Positions 21,116 to 31,281 of a stretch of DNA of 64,000 nt are shown here, one piece after another. The first letter of the stretch is position 1; each line of letters begins with the position of its first letter. The DNA comes from Candidatus Latescibacterota bacterium (GTDB lineage: Bacteria; Latescibacterota; UBA2968): NCBI GenBank assembly GCA_965205975.1, contig OZ242195.1, positions 2,080,001 through 2,144,000 on the forward strand, given 5' to 3'. The position numbers and the translations under genes were made by a program. The notes beneath the pieces are model-generated. The model worked only from the letters and a program-made list of their open reading frames with translations, did no database searches and had not been told where the DNA came from.

Positions 21116-23047
21116 CTACCATCCATTAATTTTATGACCCTGACCGGGAAACCAGATAAAATCCACAATTGCACCGCAGGCAATCGCCGCCAAAAAACCG
21201 ACCACGAACCCCATAAAAAGCGGCGTATTGCGCCGGTAACTCTCAAGACCACCAAAGCGCAAAATCAATGTCTTGCACACCCACACAATAAAAATCGACG
21301 AAATACCACTGCGCAAAACATCGGATGCCGAAATCGCAAAACCGATGGGATGCAACGCAATCCCCGGAAAACGGTAGCGAAGCGCGTACAGCCCCAGCGT
21401 AAAAATCGCGCCAAACCCCAGCCAACCCAGACGCATCCAGTCCGTCTCTAACGCATTGCTTCGAATGCGGTTGGCCGTCAAAAGCCACACCCCAATCCCC
21501 CCATCCCCCGAGCCATTAAAACTCACACTGCCAAAATTATAACTCCCCACCGTGTAATTGCCCTGATAAATGATAAATACAAAAACCGCCAGCGCGCCAG
21601 CGATAAACGCCATGCCCACAGCAGGCGGCACGAGCCTCCGACCGCTGCGTCCCATTGCCTGCCCAAGACGCGGAATATGCGCCAGCGTTGTCACGCCAAT
21701 CGTCTTCGCATCGGCAAAAAACGTGTACGCCAGACCAAGCGCCATCGCATTCATCGGCCCAATACCCGTTATCCCCAAAACATGCCAGGTAAAAGCCTGT
21801 GCGGTAATCGGCGTTCGCAAATAAATCAGCCCCGTCTCCACAATAATGCGCGCCAGCCCGAGGTAAAGCACCAGCGTGGCACTCCAAAAAGCCAGTGCTG
21901 CCCATCCCGAAAGCCCGAGTGCCCAGAAAAACAACACACTGAACAGAACACATCCCAGAAAAACAAATACCGCCGTGCGATACGAAAAAAGCTCACCCGA
22001 ATCATCCACATCGCCCCCACGCGAAGTAAACGCCTTCCGAAAAACCGCAGACAAATGATCTCGCGCAACCCACAGCCCCCATAACACAAATGCCAGCAAC
22101 CCGCCAAAACTCTGCCATCCCACTGCGGGATGATAAGAACACCACGGATCAGGCGACCCCATCTCAAATCCCAAACGATTCATCAGCCCCACTTGCAACA
22201 CCATAACCAGATGGAAAAACCAGATGCTAAACAGCACATTGGACTCCGTAAAATAGCCAAACGCAATCGTCAGAGGATTCGTCTTAAACCGCAGATAGGG
22301 AAATCCCTCGCCAATGAAAATTTGCCGATCAATATTCGCCTGAAGCGGCGGAATCAGCTCGGTAAACCAGGAACCGATATCCCATGCAAACAGAAAAAAA
22401 GCTACAAAAAACCCGATCTTGAAACGCGGATTGTGCAACAACTCCCACAACGCGCCCCGTTGCCCGTGCTCGCCAGTGAGTTCCAACAGACCAGCAGCCA
22501 GAGGAAAAGGCAAACGCTCGTAATCCATCCACTGCCGCCGAAAGATCACCATAAGACACAAATTGGCAGCATAAAATGCCAAAAAGAAACACCCCCACCA
22601 GAAAAGCGGAACGATCCAGCTTCCCCAGGGAAAAGCCGCCCCTGCCGGCAACCCCTCGTAAAAAGCAACCGCGGCGTGGTGATCGGAAACCACAGACCAA
22701 TCGGACAAACGCGTAAGCAGTGTATCGACCCAGCCATTTTCGGTAGAAGCAAAATAGATTGGCGCTGTAATCACACCCAGAAAATATCCCGCAAGCCACT
22801 CGCCCTGCGTCAGGGCAGAAACCATCCCCATCGAAGCGATGAGAATAAGCTCAGAAGGCGTAAGCCCCTTACTTTTGCGAGAAAAATAGAGATTTACCAG
22901 CAACAATACGAGAAAAGGAAGGAGAATTGCAACGGAGAGATGCGCGTAATCTGCGCGCGCAGATCGGAGGATATACGTGGTATAAGAAGGCCATATACTG
23001 GCGAGAACAGAGATGAACAACCCGATGAGAAAGGCGCGTAGAGTCAT
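21116..23047 (-). CDS. Polytopic membrane protein (DUF6785/DUF6784, OPT-like putative transporter)
   Basis: Many TM segments; RRQWMDYERLPFPL and LHPIGF motifs. Confidence 0.7.
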   Translation of the reverse strand: MTLRAFLIGLFISVLASIWPSYTTYILRSARADYAHLSVAILLPFLVLLLVNLYFSRKSKGLTPSELILIASMGMVSALTQGEWLAGYFLGVITAPIYFASTENGWVDTLLTRLSDWSVVSDHHAAVAFYEGLPAGAAFPWGSWIVPLFWWGCFFLAFYAANLCLMVIFRRQWMDYERLPFPLAAGLLELTGEHGQRGALWELLHNPRFKIGFFVAFFLFAWDIGSWFTELIPPLQANIDRQIFIGEGFPYLRFKTNPLTIAFGYFTESNVLFSIWFFHLVMVLQVGLMNRLGFEMGSPDPWCSYHPAVGWQSFGGLLAFVLWGLWVARDHLSAVFRKAFTSRGGDVDDSGELFSYRTAVFVFLGCVLFSVLFFWALGLSGWAALAFWSATLVLYLGLARIIVETGLIYLRTPITAQAFTWHVLGITGIGPMNAMALGLAYTFFADAKTIGVTTLAHIPRLGQAMGRSGRRLVPPAVGMAFIAGALAVFVFIIYQGNYTVGSYNFGSVSFNGSGDGGIGVWLLTANRIRSNALETDWMRLGWLGFGAIFTLGLYALRYRFPGIALHPIGFAISASDVLRSGISSIFIVWVCKTLILRFGGLESYRRNTPLFMGFVVGFLAAIACGAIVDFIWFPGQGHKINGW

Positions 23048-23055
23048 GAAATACA

Positions 23056-23177
23056 ATTAAAAATTAAGAATTGAAAATTAAGAATTGCCCAGCCCCCCGA
23101 CCTCGAGTAGTCATTAGCCAGTTGTCAGTTGCCCAGCCCTTTACCCTTAATCTGTGTACATCTGCGTACATCTGCGG
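23056..23177. repeat. Intergenic short tandem repeats: AATTAA(G)AATT units and ATCTG(T/C)GTAC decamer x3
   Basis: aattaaaaattaagaattgaaaattaagaatt and atctgtgtac atctgcgtac atctgcgg. Confidence 0.8.
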
Positions 23178-23178
23178 A

Positions 23179-26100
23179 TTAATCTGCAATAAAAAATACA
23201 ACCGTCTTCTCAGCGGTTTGCTCGCCATTCAAATCAGTAATCACGACTGCAATTTCATAACGCCCTGGTTTTGATTCACCCGGGTCAATCTCCAGATAAT
23301 TGTACTCGTCAGACCCTGTACCCGTCCGCTCATAAGAAATCGTAACAACTGCTTTTTCTTCAATACCGAGCAACCGCCCCAGCGTTCGCAAAACCTGCAC
23401 GCCACTGAGCTTGCCCTCCCGGGGCGTAATCCGGTAATCCACGCGATATTTCGTCTGTCCAAAATCGTCGTTTTTCAAACCGTAAACTTCATAGTAAATA
23501 ACAACCGGCTGCCCTGTCTTATAGGTGCGAGACGGCAGCGAAATAACCTCGACACCACCCTTATCAGTGGCTGAAGCATCTACTTGCACCCTTCCTGCAA
23601 GCTCTATATCGCTGATCTTGAGTCCAGCGACCGCATAATCCTCCACCACGAGTTCCTGCGTATATCCTCCCCTGCGTCCGGACGCCGGGTGATTGATCTG
23701 AAGCCCCAAATAATATCGCCCGGGTAAAACCTGAAGCGCGAGTTCATCTATCGCCAGTGTACCGGCCTCAACACCGCCCTCCTCCACGCGCACCGGCATC
23801 GGATCCAGCCTGCGATAAACCGGAGTCCAACTGCTGTCAAAAAGCGCGATACCGCGCTCAAAAACGACCTCTTCTCCCCCATCATCAATCGCATCTAAAA
23901 CCGGCACCCCATAATACACCTCCAGCCGAGATTTATCATCTGCGCCCCTGAAATCTGCCGAAGCAGAGTGAAAATCCAGCACGCCCTTGCCAACGGGCAC
24001 ATAGCGATCGGGTTGCGCGCTCACCGCCCGTGAAATAATAACCTCGGGCCGCGTATCTTCCCAAAACCGCTGGTTAAACCGCGCAATTTTCCGCCCCTGA
24101 GAAACATCGGGAAAGTCGAAATCGCCCCTCGGCGTCAACGCCGTAAAAACGACTTCAATACCCCCGCCCACATCCGGATAAATCCAGTACTCCCACGGCT
24201 CGCTTCCATTTACCGGATAAAGCGGTATCCCCCGCATCGGACGCTCGCTCATGCCCGGACGATCCCGCCCAAAGAGCTCCTTGCCGCGAACATAAGTATT
24301 CACATCATCACTCTGCCTGGCAAAAAACACGCGATTGGGATTCATTTCAAAATCGATAGACTCGAAATCGCTAATCGAGACCACTTCTCCCAAATCAGAC
24401 TCGATCTCGACATCGCGCGTCGATGTGCGCAATCGACCTATCCGCGCGATAATTTCTTGCTTGGCCTCTGGCGACAGCACTGCTATCAACCGCTCCTTTA
24501 CCCGCACGACCTCCGCATCAGTCTCAAACCGAATATCCGATCTTTTACTCACATGCGCGGGTTCGCCATAGCGGATATACACATCGCCGCGCCTGTCCCA
24601 TTTTCGTCCATCTTTTGAAAAATTCTGCAACGCATAAACAACGCGCCGATAGTGCTCAACCAACCGCTCGTTACCAGGTGTTGCTGGCGTGGGATCGCGT
24701 TTTTGCCAGAAGACCCGAATAAACTGCGCCCGCTCCTCGGGTGCCAGACGCTGGTACGCCGCCAATTCCTCTGGACCCGCCACGAGTGAAATATCTTCCA
24801 CACGTTCTCTCGCCTCATCGCTAAGCGTGCGCAACGCCTCTGCAATCAGCGCGTGCGCTTTACCCGTTTCCCCAATATTGAGATACGCCTCCAGAAGCGG
24901 ATGCATGCATAAACTGCGAAAATCGGGCCTCGCCTCCATCAATTCTCGCCAAATAACCGTAGCCGAATCAATACGCCCTTGCTTGAACAACACGCGCCCA
25001 AAGTCAAATTGCGCCCGCGCAAACAGGGGATCTACTTCAATCTGCCGCCTGTATGCAGCCGCACTCTCGGCAAGTTCACCCCTGCGCTCTAACACGCGCC
25101 CCATCATATAATAGAGAAAAGGATGGGTGGGATCTCGTTCAACAGCCGCCTTCAGATATTCCAAACCCTCGCCCTTCCCGGAGAGAAAACGCGCCAGTTC
25201 TGCATTTGTCCAACACGCCGCCTCTTGAAATTTTTCAACAGCGCCATTCCAGTCGCCACGCCCCACACCCACAATACCCAATGCATTATGCGCCTCGGGC
25301 AAATCGGGGGCAATATCGAGCGCCTTTCGCACCCAACGCTCGCCTTCGACCAGCGCACCACTCTCAAGCGCGATCAATGCTTTCGCAGTCAACGCATAGG
25401 GATCAAGCGGATCTTCACCCAGCACAAAATCGACCACATCGCGCGCCTTTCGTACTGCAAGCGTATCCGCCTCGGGCAAACGCTCGCCAAACGTCTTGTC
25501 AACGCGTTTCATAAGCGTTTTTTCAAGACCTATCGCCCGCAACATCGCCATTCCAACCTCGCGATTGCCCAATCCCGCGACCGGTGAAATATACGTCTGC
25601 GCGAAAATTGGTACCCGCTCGAGATAATGCCCGTACATAAAAGCTGCGCGTTCCCCCGCATCGACTTTCGCGTATTCCTGTACGGTCTCTGGCATTGAAA
25701 AGCGTTCCAGAATCTTTCCCATAAGAACCTGCTGCTGTGCCGTGAGCGATAATTCAACAGGAGAACCCAGAATGCGAAATTCTCGCTGCGTACGCGCAAC
25801 CTGATCGCCTATACGCGCTTCAACGCTCAGCGTATATGTCCCAGGCGACAACCTGCGCAGCGGAATACCCTCGACAAATTTTGCATCCCCGCGATATGTG
25901 GGAAATTCCCGCCGATGGTCAAAAACAACATGACCGAAGCGGTCGCTGATCTGAAAACGCACACTGTGGGCGAGCCGCCCGATCTCGTAAAGCTCGACAT
26001 AAAAGCGCAGGGGCGCGCCATCCCCGACCTCGCGTTCGGGCAACGGTAAAAGAACATGGCCCGCCTTGAGAAAGGACTCGGCTTCAAAATTCTGAGAAGG

Positions 26101-26595
26101 CGGATCTATTTCACTTACAAAAAACAGATCGCTAAACGCGAGTTGGCCCGTCTTATACTCAGGCACCTCAATAGAAAACACTGCCCGTCCCCGGCGGTCA
26201 TTGCCCACGGCATTGACGTCCAGAACCGCGTGATAATATCCCGCTGGAACTTGAAATCGCGCGATATCATAGACAAAGTGTTCTGGATCGTCGATCCGCT
26301 CAGCAGAAGAAAATACGCGCTCGCCCTCTATCCTCTTGACCGAATTGCCATTCTCATCAAACAACTCGAGACGCGGGACATAACGCGCAACAAAAAGGCT
26401 ATCACCCCGTTTTTCGAACGCGAGTTGCGCCGCGGGAAAACGGATAACAACCTCTTCATAAGGACCATCGTCTCCGCGAAAACTACATACATCGACCGCA
26501 AGCGCGAGGCTGCCTTCTGAAGATATCCGTCCCTCTTCAGAAGTCGCCAGCAACGGGAGAAACAGGAAGAATATGAAAAGAATTAGAGTACGCAT
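23179..26595 (-). CDS. GWxTD-domain protein with TPR repeats, secreted
   Basis: Signal peptide, TPR helices, FWQKRDPTPATPGNE..HYRR..WDRRGDVYIRYGEP. Confidence 0.85.
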   Translation of the reverse strand: MRTLILFIFFLFLPLLATSEEGRISSEGSLALAVDVCSFRGDDGPYEEVVIRFPAAQLAFEKRGDSLFVARYVPRLELFDENGNSVKRIEGERVFSSAERIDDPEHFVYDIARFQVPAGYYHAVLDVNAVGNDRRGRAVFSIEVPEYKTGQLAFSDLFFVSEIDPPSQNFEAESFLKAGHVLLPLPEREVGDGAPLRFYVELYEIGRLAHSVRFQISDRFGHVVFDHRREFPTYRGDAKFVEGIPLRRLSPGTYTLSVEARIGDQVARTQREFRILGSPVELSLTAQQQVLMGKILERFSMPETVQEYAKVDAGERAAFMYGHYLERVPIFAQTYISPVAGLGNREVGMAMLRAIGLEKTLMKRVDKTFGERLPEADTLAVRKARDVVDFVLGEDPLDPYALTAKALIALESGALVEGERWVRKALDIAPDLPEAHNALGIVGVGRGDWNGAVEKFQEAACWTNAELARFLSGKGEGLEYLKAAVERDPTHPFLYYMMGRVLERRGELAESAAAYRRQIEVDPLFARAQFDFGRVLFKQGRIDSATVIWRELMEARPDFRSLCMHPLLEAYLNIGETGKAHALIAEALRTLSDEARERVEDISLVAGPEELAAYQRLAPEERAQFIRVFWQKRDPTPATPGNERLVEHYRRVVYALQNFSKDGRKWDRRGDVYIRYGEPAHVSKRSDIRFETDAEVVRVKERLIAVLSPEAKQEIIARIGRLRTSTRDVEIESDLGEVVSISDFESIDFEMNPNRVFFARQSDDVNTYVRGKELFGRDRPGMSERPMRGIPLYPVNGSEPWEYWIYPDVGGGIEVVFTALTPRGDFDFPDVSQGRKIARFNQRFWEDTRPEVIISRAVSAQPDRYVPVGKGVLDFHSASADFRGADDKSRLEVYYGVPVLDAIDDGGEEVVFERGIALFDSSWTPVYRRLDPMPVRVEEGGVEAGTLAIDELALQVLPGRYYLGLQINHPASGRRGGYTQELVVEDYAVAGLKISDIELAGRVQVDASATDKGGVEVISLPSRTYKTGQPVVIYYEVYGLKNDDFGQTKYRVDYRITPREGKLSGVQVLRTLGRLLGIEEKAVVTISYERTGTGSDEYNYLEIDPGESKPGRYEIAVVITDLNGEQTAEKTVVFFIAD

Positions 26596-26597
26596 AA

Positions 26598-27863
26598 TCA
26601 AAATCCATTCGCGATCTCAGATAATCGCTCGCGGTGGGCTACCGCCTTGGCAAATGCCTGCGCGGTCTGCGCCACCCATTCGGCAGAGGGCGCAACCGGC
26701 GTAGCGAGCCAGAAACTCATGTCCTGCAACCGCTCGCTCACCGGCAAATTGCACACAGGCCGCCTCGCCTCTGTGGGCAAATCCGCCCATGGCCCGCCCA
26801 AACCATCGAACGAAAAATCGTTAAAAAGCGGTTCAAGGTGCATCGCACTATACCCCCACGCCGTAGTCTCTGCGACATACACCCCTTCCGCAACCAGTGC
26901 TTTTATAATAATAGGAAGCGGAGCACCAAACAAATCGGGATCAACCGTTCCCGCGTAGAGCAACATACCGCCTCGCTTCGCCTTCGGATACGTCTTTTGT
27001 GGAGTCACACCGGGAATCCCATCGAGCAGACTATCCATTCGCCCAAACCATGCCATCCGCTTCTCATTCAGCCCCGGCAAGCGCTCCAACTGTGCGCGGG
27101 CCATCGCAATACCCAGAGGATTTGCGCGGTATTTGACGCCCAACCCCATATTGCGAAGCGCCTTAAAACGATCCGTCTGCCACAGCGCATCGCAACGCCC
27201 GCATTGCCCCAGAGCCAGCATACGATCGTAGAGATCATCATCATTCGTAGTCGCAATACCCGCTTCTATCCCGGACACCGGCTTTTTCTCCTGAAGGCTA
27301 AAACACCCGATATGTCCAATAGAGCCGACCATCTTATCGCCCCACATCGCCCCAGGGGCATGGGAAGCATCCTCAATCAGCGCGATATCGGTCCCGTCTA
27401 TAATATCTAAAAACGCATCCATATCTGCCGGATTGCCATAAATATGTGTCACCACAATCGCGCATGTGCGATGCGTAATCCGCTTTTTGACATCCTCGGG
27501 ATCAGCACAAAATGTTTCCGGATCTACCTCGCAGAACACGGGCGTCGCATTGCAGTGCAAAATCGGCGTAATCGTCGCGTGCCACGTCGCAGTGGGCACA
27601 ATCACCTCTTTCCCCGCGCATGCACCCGCGGCAAAAATCGCCGAGTGTAGCGCGGCTGTGCCATTGCACATACAAAGCGCGTGTTTGGTCCCCACAAAAG
27701 CTCGATACTCGTCTTCGAACTTGTCGAGTTCTACATAAGCATCATCCTTATTATTCAAAACATAATTGACGTACTGCTTCTCCAAATCGCTCACATCCTG
27801 CCACGAATCACTCATCGGAGCAATAACAGTTCTGGGACCACCGTCAATTGCCAGATCAGACAT
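26598..27863 (-). CDS. DegT/DnrJ/EryC1/StrS PLP aminotransferase
   Basis: NGTAAL, IEDASHAPG, GCFSLQEKK. Confidence 0.92.
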   Translation of the reverse strand: MSDLAIDGGPRTVIAPMSDSWQDVSDLEKQYVNYVLNNKDDAYVELDKFEDEYRAFVGTKHALCMCNGTAALHSAIFAAGACAGKEVIVPTATWHATITPILHCNATPVFCEVDPETFCADPEDVKKRITHRTCAIVVTHIYGNPADMDAFLDIIDGTDIALIEDASHAPGAMWGDKMVGSIGHIGCFSLQEKKPVSGIEAGIATTNDDDLYDRMLALGQCGRCDALWQTDRFKALRNMGLGVKYRANPLGIAMARAQLERLPGLNEKRMAWFGRMDSLLDGIPGVTPQKTYPKAKRGGMLLYAGTVDPDLFGAPLPIIIKALVAEGVYVAETTAWGYSAMHLEPLFNDFSFDGLGGPWADLPTEARRPVCNLPVSERLQDMSFWLATPVAPSAEWVAQTAQAFAKAVAHRERLSEIANGF

Positions 27864-27969
27864 CTTTCCGCTCCTCTCAATAGACCGCTGAGTTTATGCG
27901 ATGTATCACAATATAGCGCAATTCAGCCCTGGAAAGCAATCCATCTCGACATTCAACAAACTAAAAACC

Positions 27970-28008
27970 AAAAAACCGATCGCTATAACTTCAGAGATCG
28001 GTTTTTTA
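27970..28008. terminator. Intrinsic terminator after the Rieske gene (tracts on both sides)
   Basis: AAAAAACCGATC-loop-GATCGGTTTTTT. Confidence 0.8.
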
Positions 28009-28044
28009 TTCTAAATTTATCGACAGCCCCTGGTCTCTCGCTCC

Positions 28045-28494
28045 TTAAAACAGAATCGACAACGTCTGTGTTCCACTGTCATAGGTACTCTCAAATCGCG
28101 GCAACGGTGCGGTAGCTGGTCCGCGTAAAACCGCCCCTGTTGTCCTGTCAAATCTCGCACCGTGGCATGAACACCAGATTTGTGGATCGCGGTCCCCCGG
28201 CAAATCCACCTCGCACGCCTCATGCGTACACACAGAACTCAAAACCACAAAATTTTCTTCGGCAGCGCGAAAAATGATCACGGGCGCGCCGCCATTTTGA
28301 CCGCTAAAAACTTGCTTCACAGACCCTCCCACCTGTGCCAACGCAGGCGCGCTGCCCACATCAAACTGCACACTCTCACCCGATGACTTCAACACATCAT
28401 TCTCACATCCCGAAATCCATCCGGCGCACATGCACCCTCCCACAAGTGCGAGGGCCTGCGTCAAAAACGCCCTTCTTTCCGTCTTATCATCCAC
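28045..28494 (-). CDS. Rieske 2Fe-2S protein, probable Tat-exported lipoprotein
   Basis: ERRAFL twin-arginine, ISGC lipobox, CTH..C and CSCHG motifs; RBS GAGGAGG. Confidence 0.88.
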   Translation of the reverse strand: MDDKTERRAFLTQALALVGGCMCAGWISGCENDVLKSSGESVQFDVGSAPALAQVGGSVKQVFSGQNGGAPVIIFRAAEENFVVLSSVCTHEACEVDLPGDRDPQIWCSCHGARFDRTTGAVLRGPATAPLPRFESTYDSGTQTLSILF

Positions 28495-28516
28495 TGATAT
28501 GCCTCCTCAATAAATC

Positions 28517-29110
28517 TTACGCCACAAGTGCCTTGTAAAACGGCCTCAACAATTTGCGAAGTTGGGCACGCGCCCGAAACAAACGCGATTTTACAGTGCC
28601 CACTGAACACCCCTCAACACTGGCAATCTCCTGATATGACAGCCCGTTCAACTCGCGCAGAACCAGCACAGACCGAAAATTGGGCGGCATATCCGCCAAC
28701 ACCTGCGTCAAAACATCGCGCAACTCACCCTGCTCAACCCTGTAATCCGTTCGCTTTGGACCTGCGAACAGCGCTTCACCATCTGATTGTCTGAACCACC
28801 ATTCATCATCCATATCAACATCGTATTTGCGCTGTTGCGACTTAATCCAATCCAGACAACAATTGACGCTGATGCGATACAACCAGGTGGAAAACAGCGA
28901 TTGCCCTCTAAACTGGTGAAGCGACTGAAACGCCTTGATGAACGCAAGTTGTGCCAGATCATCGGCATCTTCCCTATTGCCCACCATACCAAATGCCGTA
29001 TGAAAAATCCGCATATGGTGCCGCCGAACCAATTCAGAAAACGCCTTTGCATGCCCCTTTTGAGCATACCCAACGAGCAATTTATCGTCGCATGTTGACC
29101 AATTGAGCAC
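28517..29110 (-). CDS. ECF sigma-70 factor (RpoE-like)
   Basis: DADDLAQ, FSTWLYRI (region 2); LSYQEIA..GTVKSRLFRAR (region 4). Confidence 0.93.
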   Translation of the reverse strand: MLNWSTCDDKLLVGYAQKGHAKAFSELVRRHHMRIFHTAFGMVGNREDADDLAQLAFIKAFQSLHQFRGQSLFSTWLYRISVNCCLDWIKSQQRKYDVDMDDEWWFRQSDGEALFAGPKRTDYRVEQGELRDVLTQVLADMPPNFRSVLVLRELNGLSYQEIASVEGCSVGTVKSRLFRARAQLRKLLRPFYKALVA

Positions 29111-29124
29111 AGAAAATCTCCCGC

Positions 29125-30198
29125 TTAAAATTCGACAATCAAATCTAAAGATACACTTTGTCGCCTGTCGTAGTGATAAAATTCATCATTTGAAAAATTG
29201 CGCGAAATGCCGTATCCAAATTCCGTTGTCACACGCTGCGTTAGGGGCAACTCTAAAAACGCGTCAAAAAACGAATACTCATCCCGGCGCAACGCGCCCC
29301 CTACCAAAATCGCGCCACTGACATCCCGCGCCATATCATCTTTATAAGACTGCCTTTCGTATCCACCTTCCAAAATAATCCGAATCTGCAAGGGCAATTG
29401 CTGGGTCAGCCGAGCGGTTATTTGGTCGCCGCTATAATCGTAGCGATCCTTTAATATATCATCATCGCCGTAAATGAGCGCATTAAATCTCGTGGGCGTA
29501 TCATTTGCAGCCCGCAAATTGATGCGCCGCTGGTAGCGCACCCGCAAGCCCGTATGATCTGCCAGAGATTGCGCCACCTGCAAACCCAAAACCACCTGTC
29601 CCTCAGCTCCCTCGCGCAACTTATAGCCCAAACCGAGATCGCCTCTCAGTGTCGTGCGCGTGGGCAAAAAATAGTTGATCTGAAAAAATGCATAGTGATC
29701 GACATAACGCGACACATTCAAATTTGGATATGACCGCCAGTTGAGCTGATATCCCACCCGCTTCATCGTATTCTCGGCACTATACCATTTGCCCTGCAGG
29801 TATCCCGACAGCCCGGTATAATCATACACATCGTAAATGGAACGATTTGTGCGCGCAGCCAGCGAAAAACCCGCAAATATCCTATCTCGCGCACTACTAT
29901 TCAGATCGCGCGCAAAATCCACGCCCAATCGATTGGTCGCAAATGTCCGGTCACCATTGTAACCAAATAAAAAGCCATCACCTGCAAAAAAGAACCGCAG
30001 ATATGAATCATCCATATCCACGGGACGCATCACAGAAGCGGAAAACTGTGTCACAAAAGAACTCACCCCATCATAAACCCCATCCACATTGGTATCGTAA
30101 ATCGTTCCCACAGTCACATCTGTAAGCACATCTGCATCTGCGGTTTTCAGCCCCAAAAGCAATACGCAAGCAAAGGTTGATAGTCGTTTCATAATCAT
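29125..30198 (-). CDS. Putative outer-membrane beta-barrel protein
   Basis: Signal peptide, amphipathic Tyr/Gly-rich strands, C-terminal Phe (LIVEF). Confidence 0.65.
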   Translation of the reverse strand: MIMKRLSTFACVLLLGLKTADADVLTDVTVGTIYDTNVDGVYDGVSSFVTQFSASVMRPVDMDDSYLRFFFAGDGFLFGYNGDRTFATNRLGVDFARDLNSSARDRIFAGFSLAARTNRSIYDVYDYTGLSGYLQGKWYSAENTMKRVGYQLNWRSYPNLNVSRYVDHYAFFQINYFLPTRTTLRGDLGLGYKLREGAEGQVVLGLQVAQSLADHTGLRVRYQRRINLRAANDTPTRFNALIYGDDDILKDRYDYSGDQITARLTQQLPLQIRIILEGGYERQSYKDDMARDVSGAILVGGALRRDEYSFFDAFLELPLTQRVTTEFGYGISRNFSNDEFYHYDRRQSVSLDLIVEF

Positions 30199-30227
30199 TC
30201 CCTTTTATAGCGATGGATTTATCATAA

Positions 30228-30251
30228 GGGGAAGGGCAGATACCCTTCCCC
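30228..30251 (-). terminator. Intra-operon hairpin (weak terminator or mRNA stabiliser)
   Basis: GGGGAAGGG-cagata-CCCTTCCCC, perfect 9-bp stem. Confidence 0.55.
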
Positions 30252-30264
30252 ATAGACCGATGCA

Positions 30265-30831
30265 TTATCCCGATGTCGTCGATTCAGAGGGCGTTTTAGG
30301 GCCTCTGCGCCCACCCCGCTTACCACCATGTCCGCGCATTCCCTCCCGCGAACGCTCCGGACGCTCAATACCCCACTCTTCCAATTTCGCATCCACCGCT
30401 GCACGAATATCTTCCCTCGACGTATCCGATTCTTTCAAGCCTTCGATCAACGTCGTAAGCGCGGCTTCCTGTTCATCGGTAAGCAATTCTGCCAGACCGG
30501 GCGAAATGGCCGAGCGTTCGGGAAATTCGACACCCCATTCTTCCAGCTTGGCCTTCACTGCTGCGCGAATATCTTCCCGAGATGTATCCGACTCTTTTAA
30601 TCCATCAACCAGCGTTTTCAATTCAGCGCGTTGCTCTTCGGTCAACTGAGAAGATGTGCCGCGTCCTCCCAAAACCCCCCTGTGCCCCCGATGATACGAT
30701 ATTCGCACATTATCATCAATACCATCGGCATTTTCATCCACAAATAGAGGCCCTGCCGCCTGCGCGTCCTGACCGCCCCACAGGGCACATGTCAACACCA
30801 ACGCAATACTATAGGTCATCCACTTTTTCAT
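30265..30831 (-). CDS. Secreted protein with two ~50-aa LTxEQ helical repeats (Spy/CpxP-like)
   Basis: Signal peptide ending AQA; DENADG motif; LTxEQ..GLKESDTSREDIRAAV.AKLEEWG twice. Confidence 0.65.
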   Translation of the reverse strand: MKKWMTYSIALVLTCALWGGQDAQAAGPLFVDENADGIDDNVRISYHRGHRGVLGGRGTSSQLTEEQRAELKTLVDGLKESDTSREDIRAAVKAKLEEWGVEFPERSAISPGLAELLTDEQEAALTTLIEGLKESDTSREDIRAAVDAKLEEWGIERPERSREGMRGHGGKRGGRRGPKTPSESTTSG

Positions 30832-30955
30832 GGCCTTGCTCCTCACTGTTGAACTTCTATGAACCGCTCTCAAGCACCGATCTCATTTTGTCCGGCCGGA
30901 ACCAAAATCCGATCAGCACCATCAACCTGCCGCACTTTGCGGCTACAGTATTTTA

Positions 30956-30980
30956 AACAATCAGCAGGCTACTTCGTTCC
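30956..30980 (-). promoter_or_regulatory. Candidate ECF-sigma promoter GGAAC-N17-GTT
   Basis: Minus strand GGAAC gaagtagcctgctgatt GTT upstream of the operon containing the ECF sigma. Confidence 0.45.
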
Positions 30981-31281
30981 CATGAAAATTGTAATAAATT
31001 GTTAGAATTGTTATAGTTTGTACACATAAAAAAGACCGATAATACTCGCGCTGCTACGCCTTGAAATGTGGTTATATCTGTGCGGCAATATCCCCACATC
31101 CATGCAGAAACGATCCCCGGTCTTGTATCCTTAGATCAGAAAATAGCCTCGCGCGTTCCATAAAGACTCAAAAAAAATTGACCTATTATTATTGATCCCT
31201 TTTCCGCTTGCAATAGCGGAAGGATAGCATTAGGTTAAGCACCGATATTTCGAGAACAACACTGAAATGGGAAAGGAGCAG

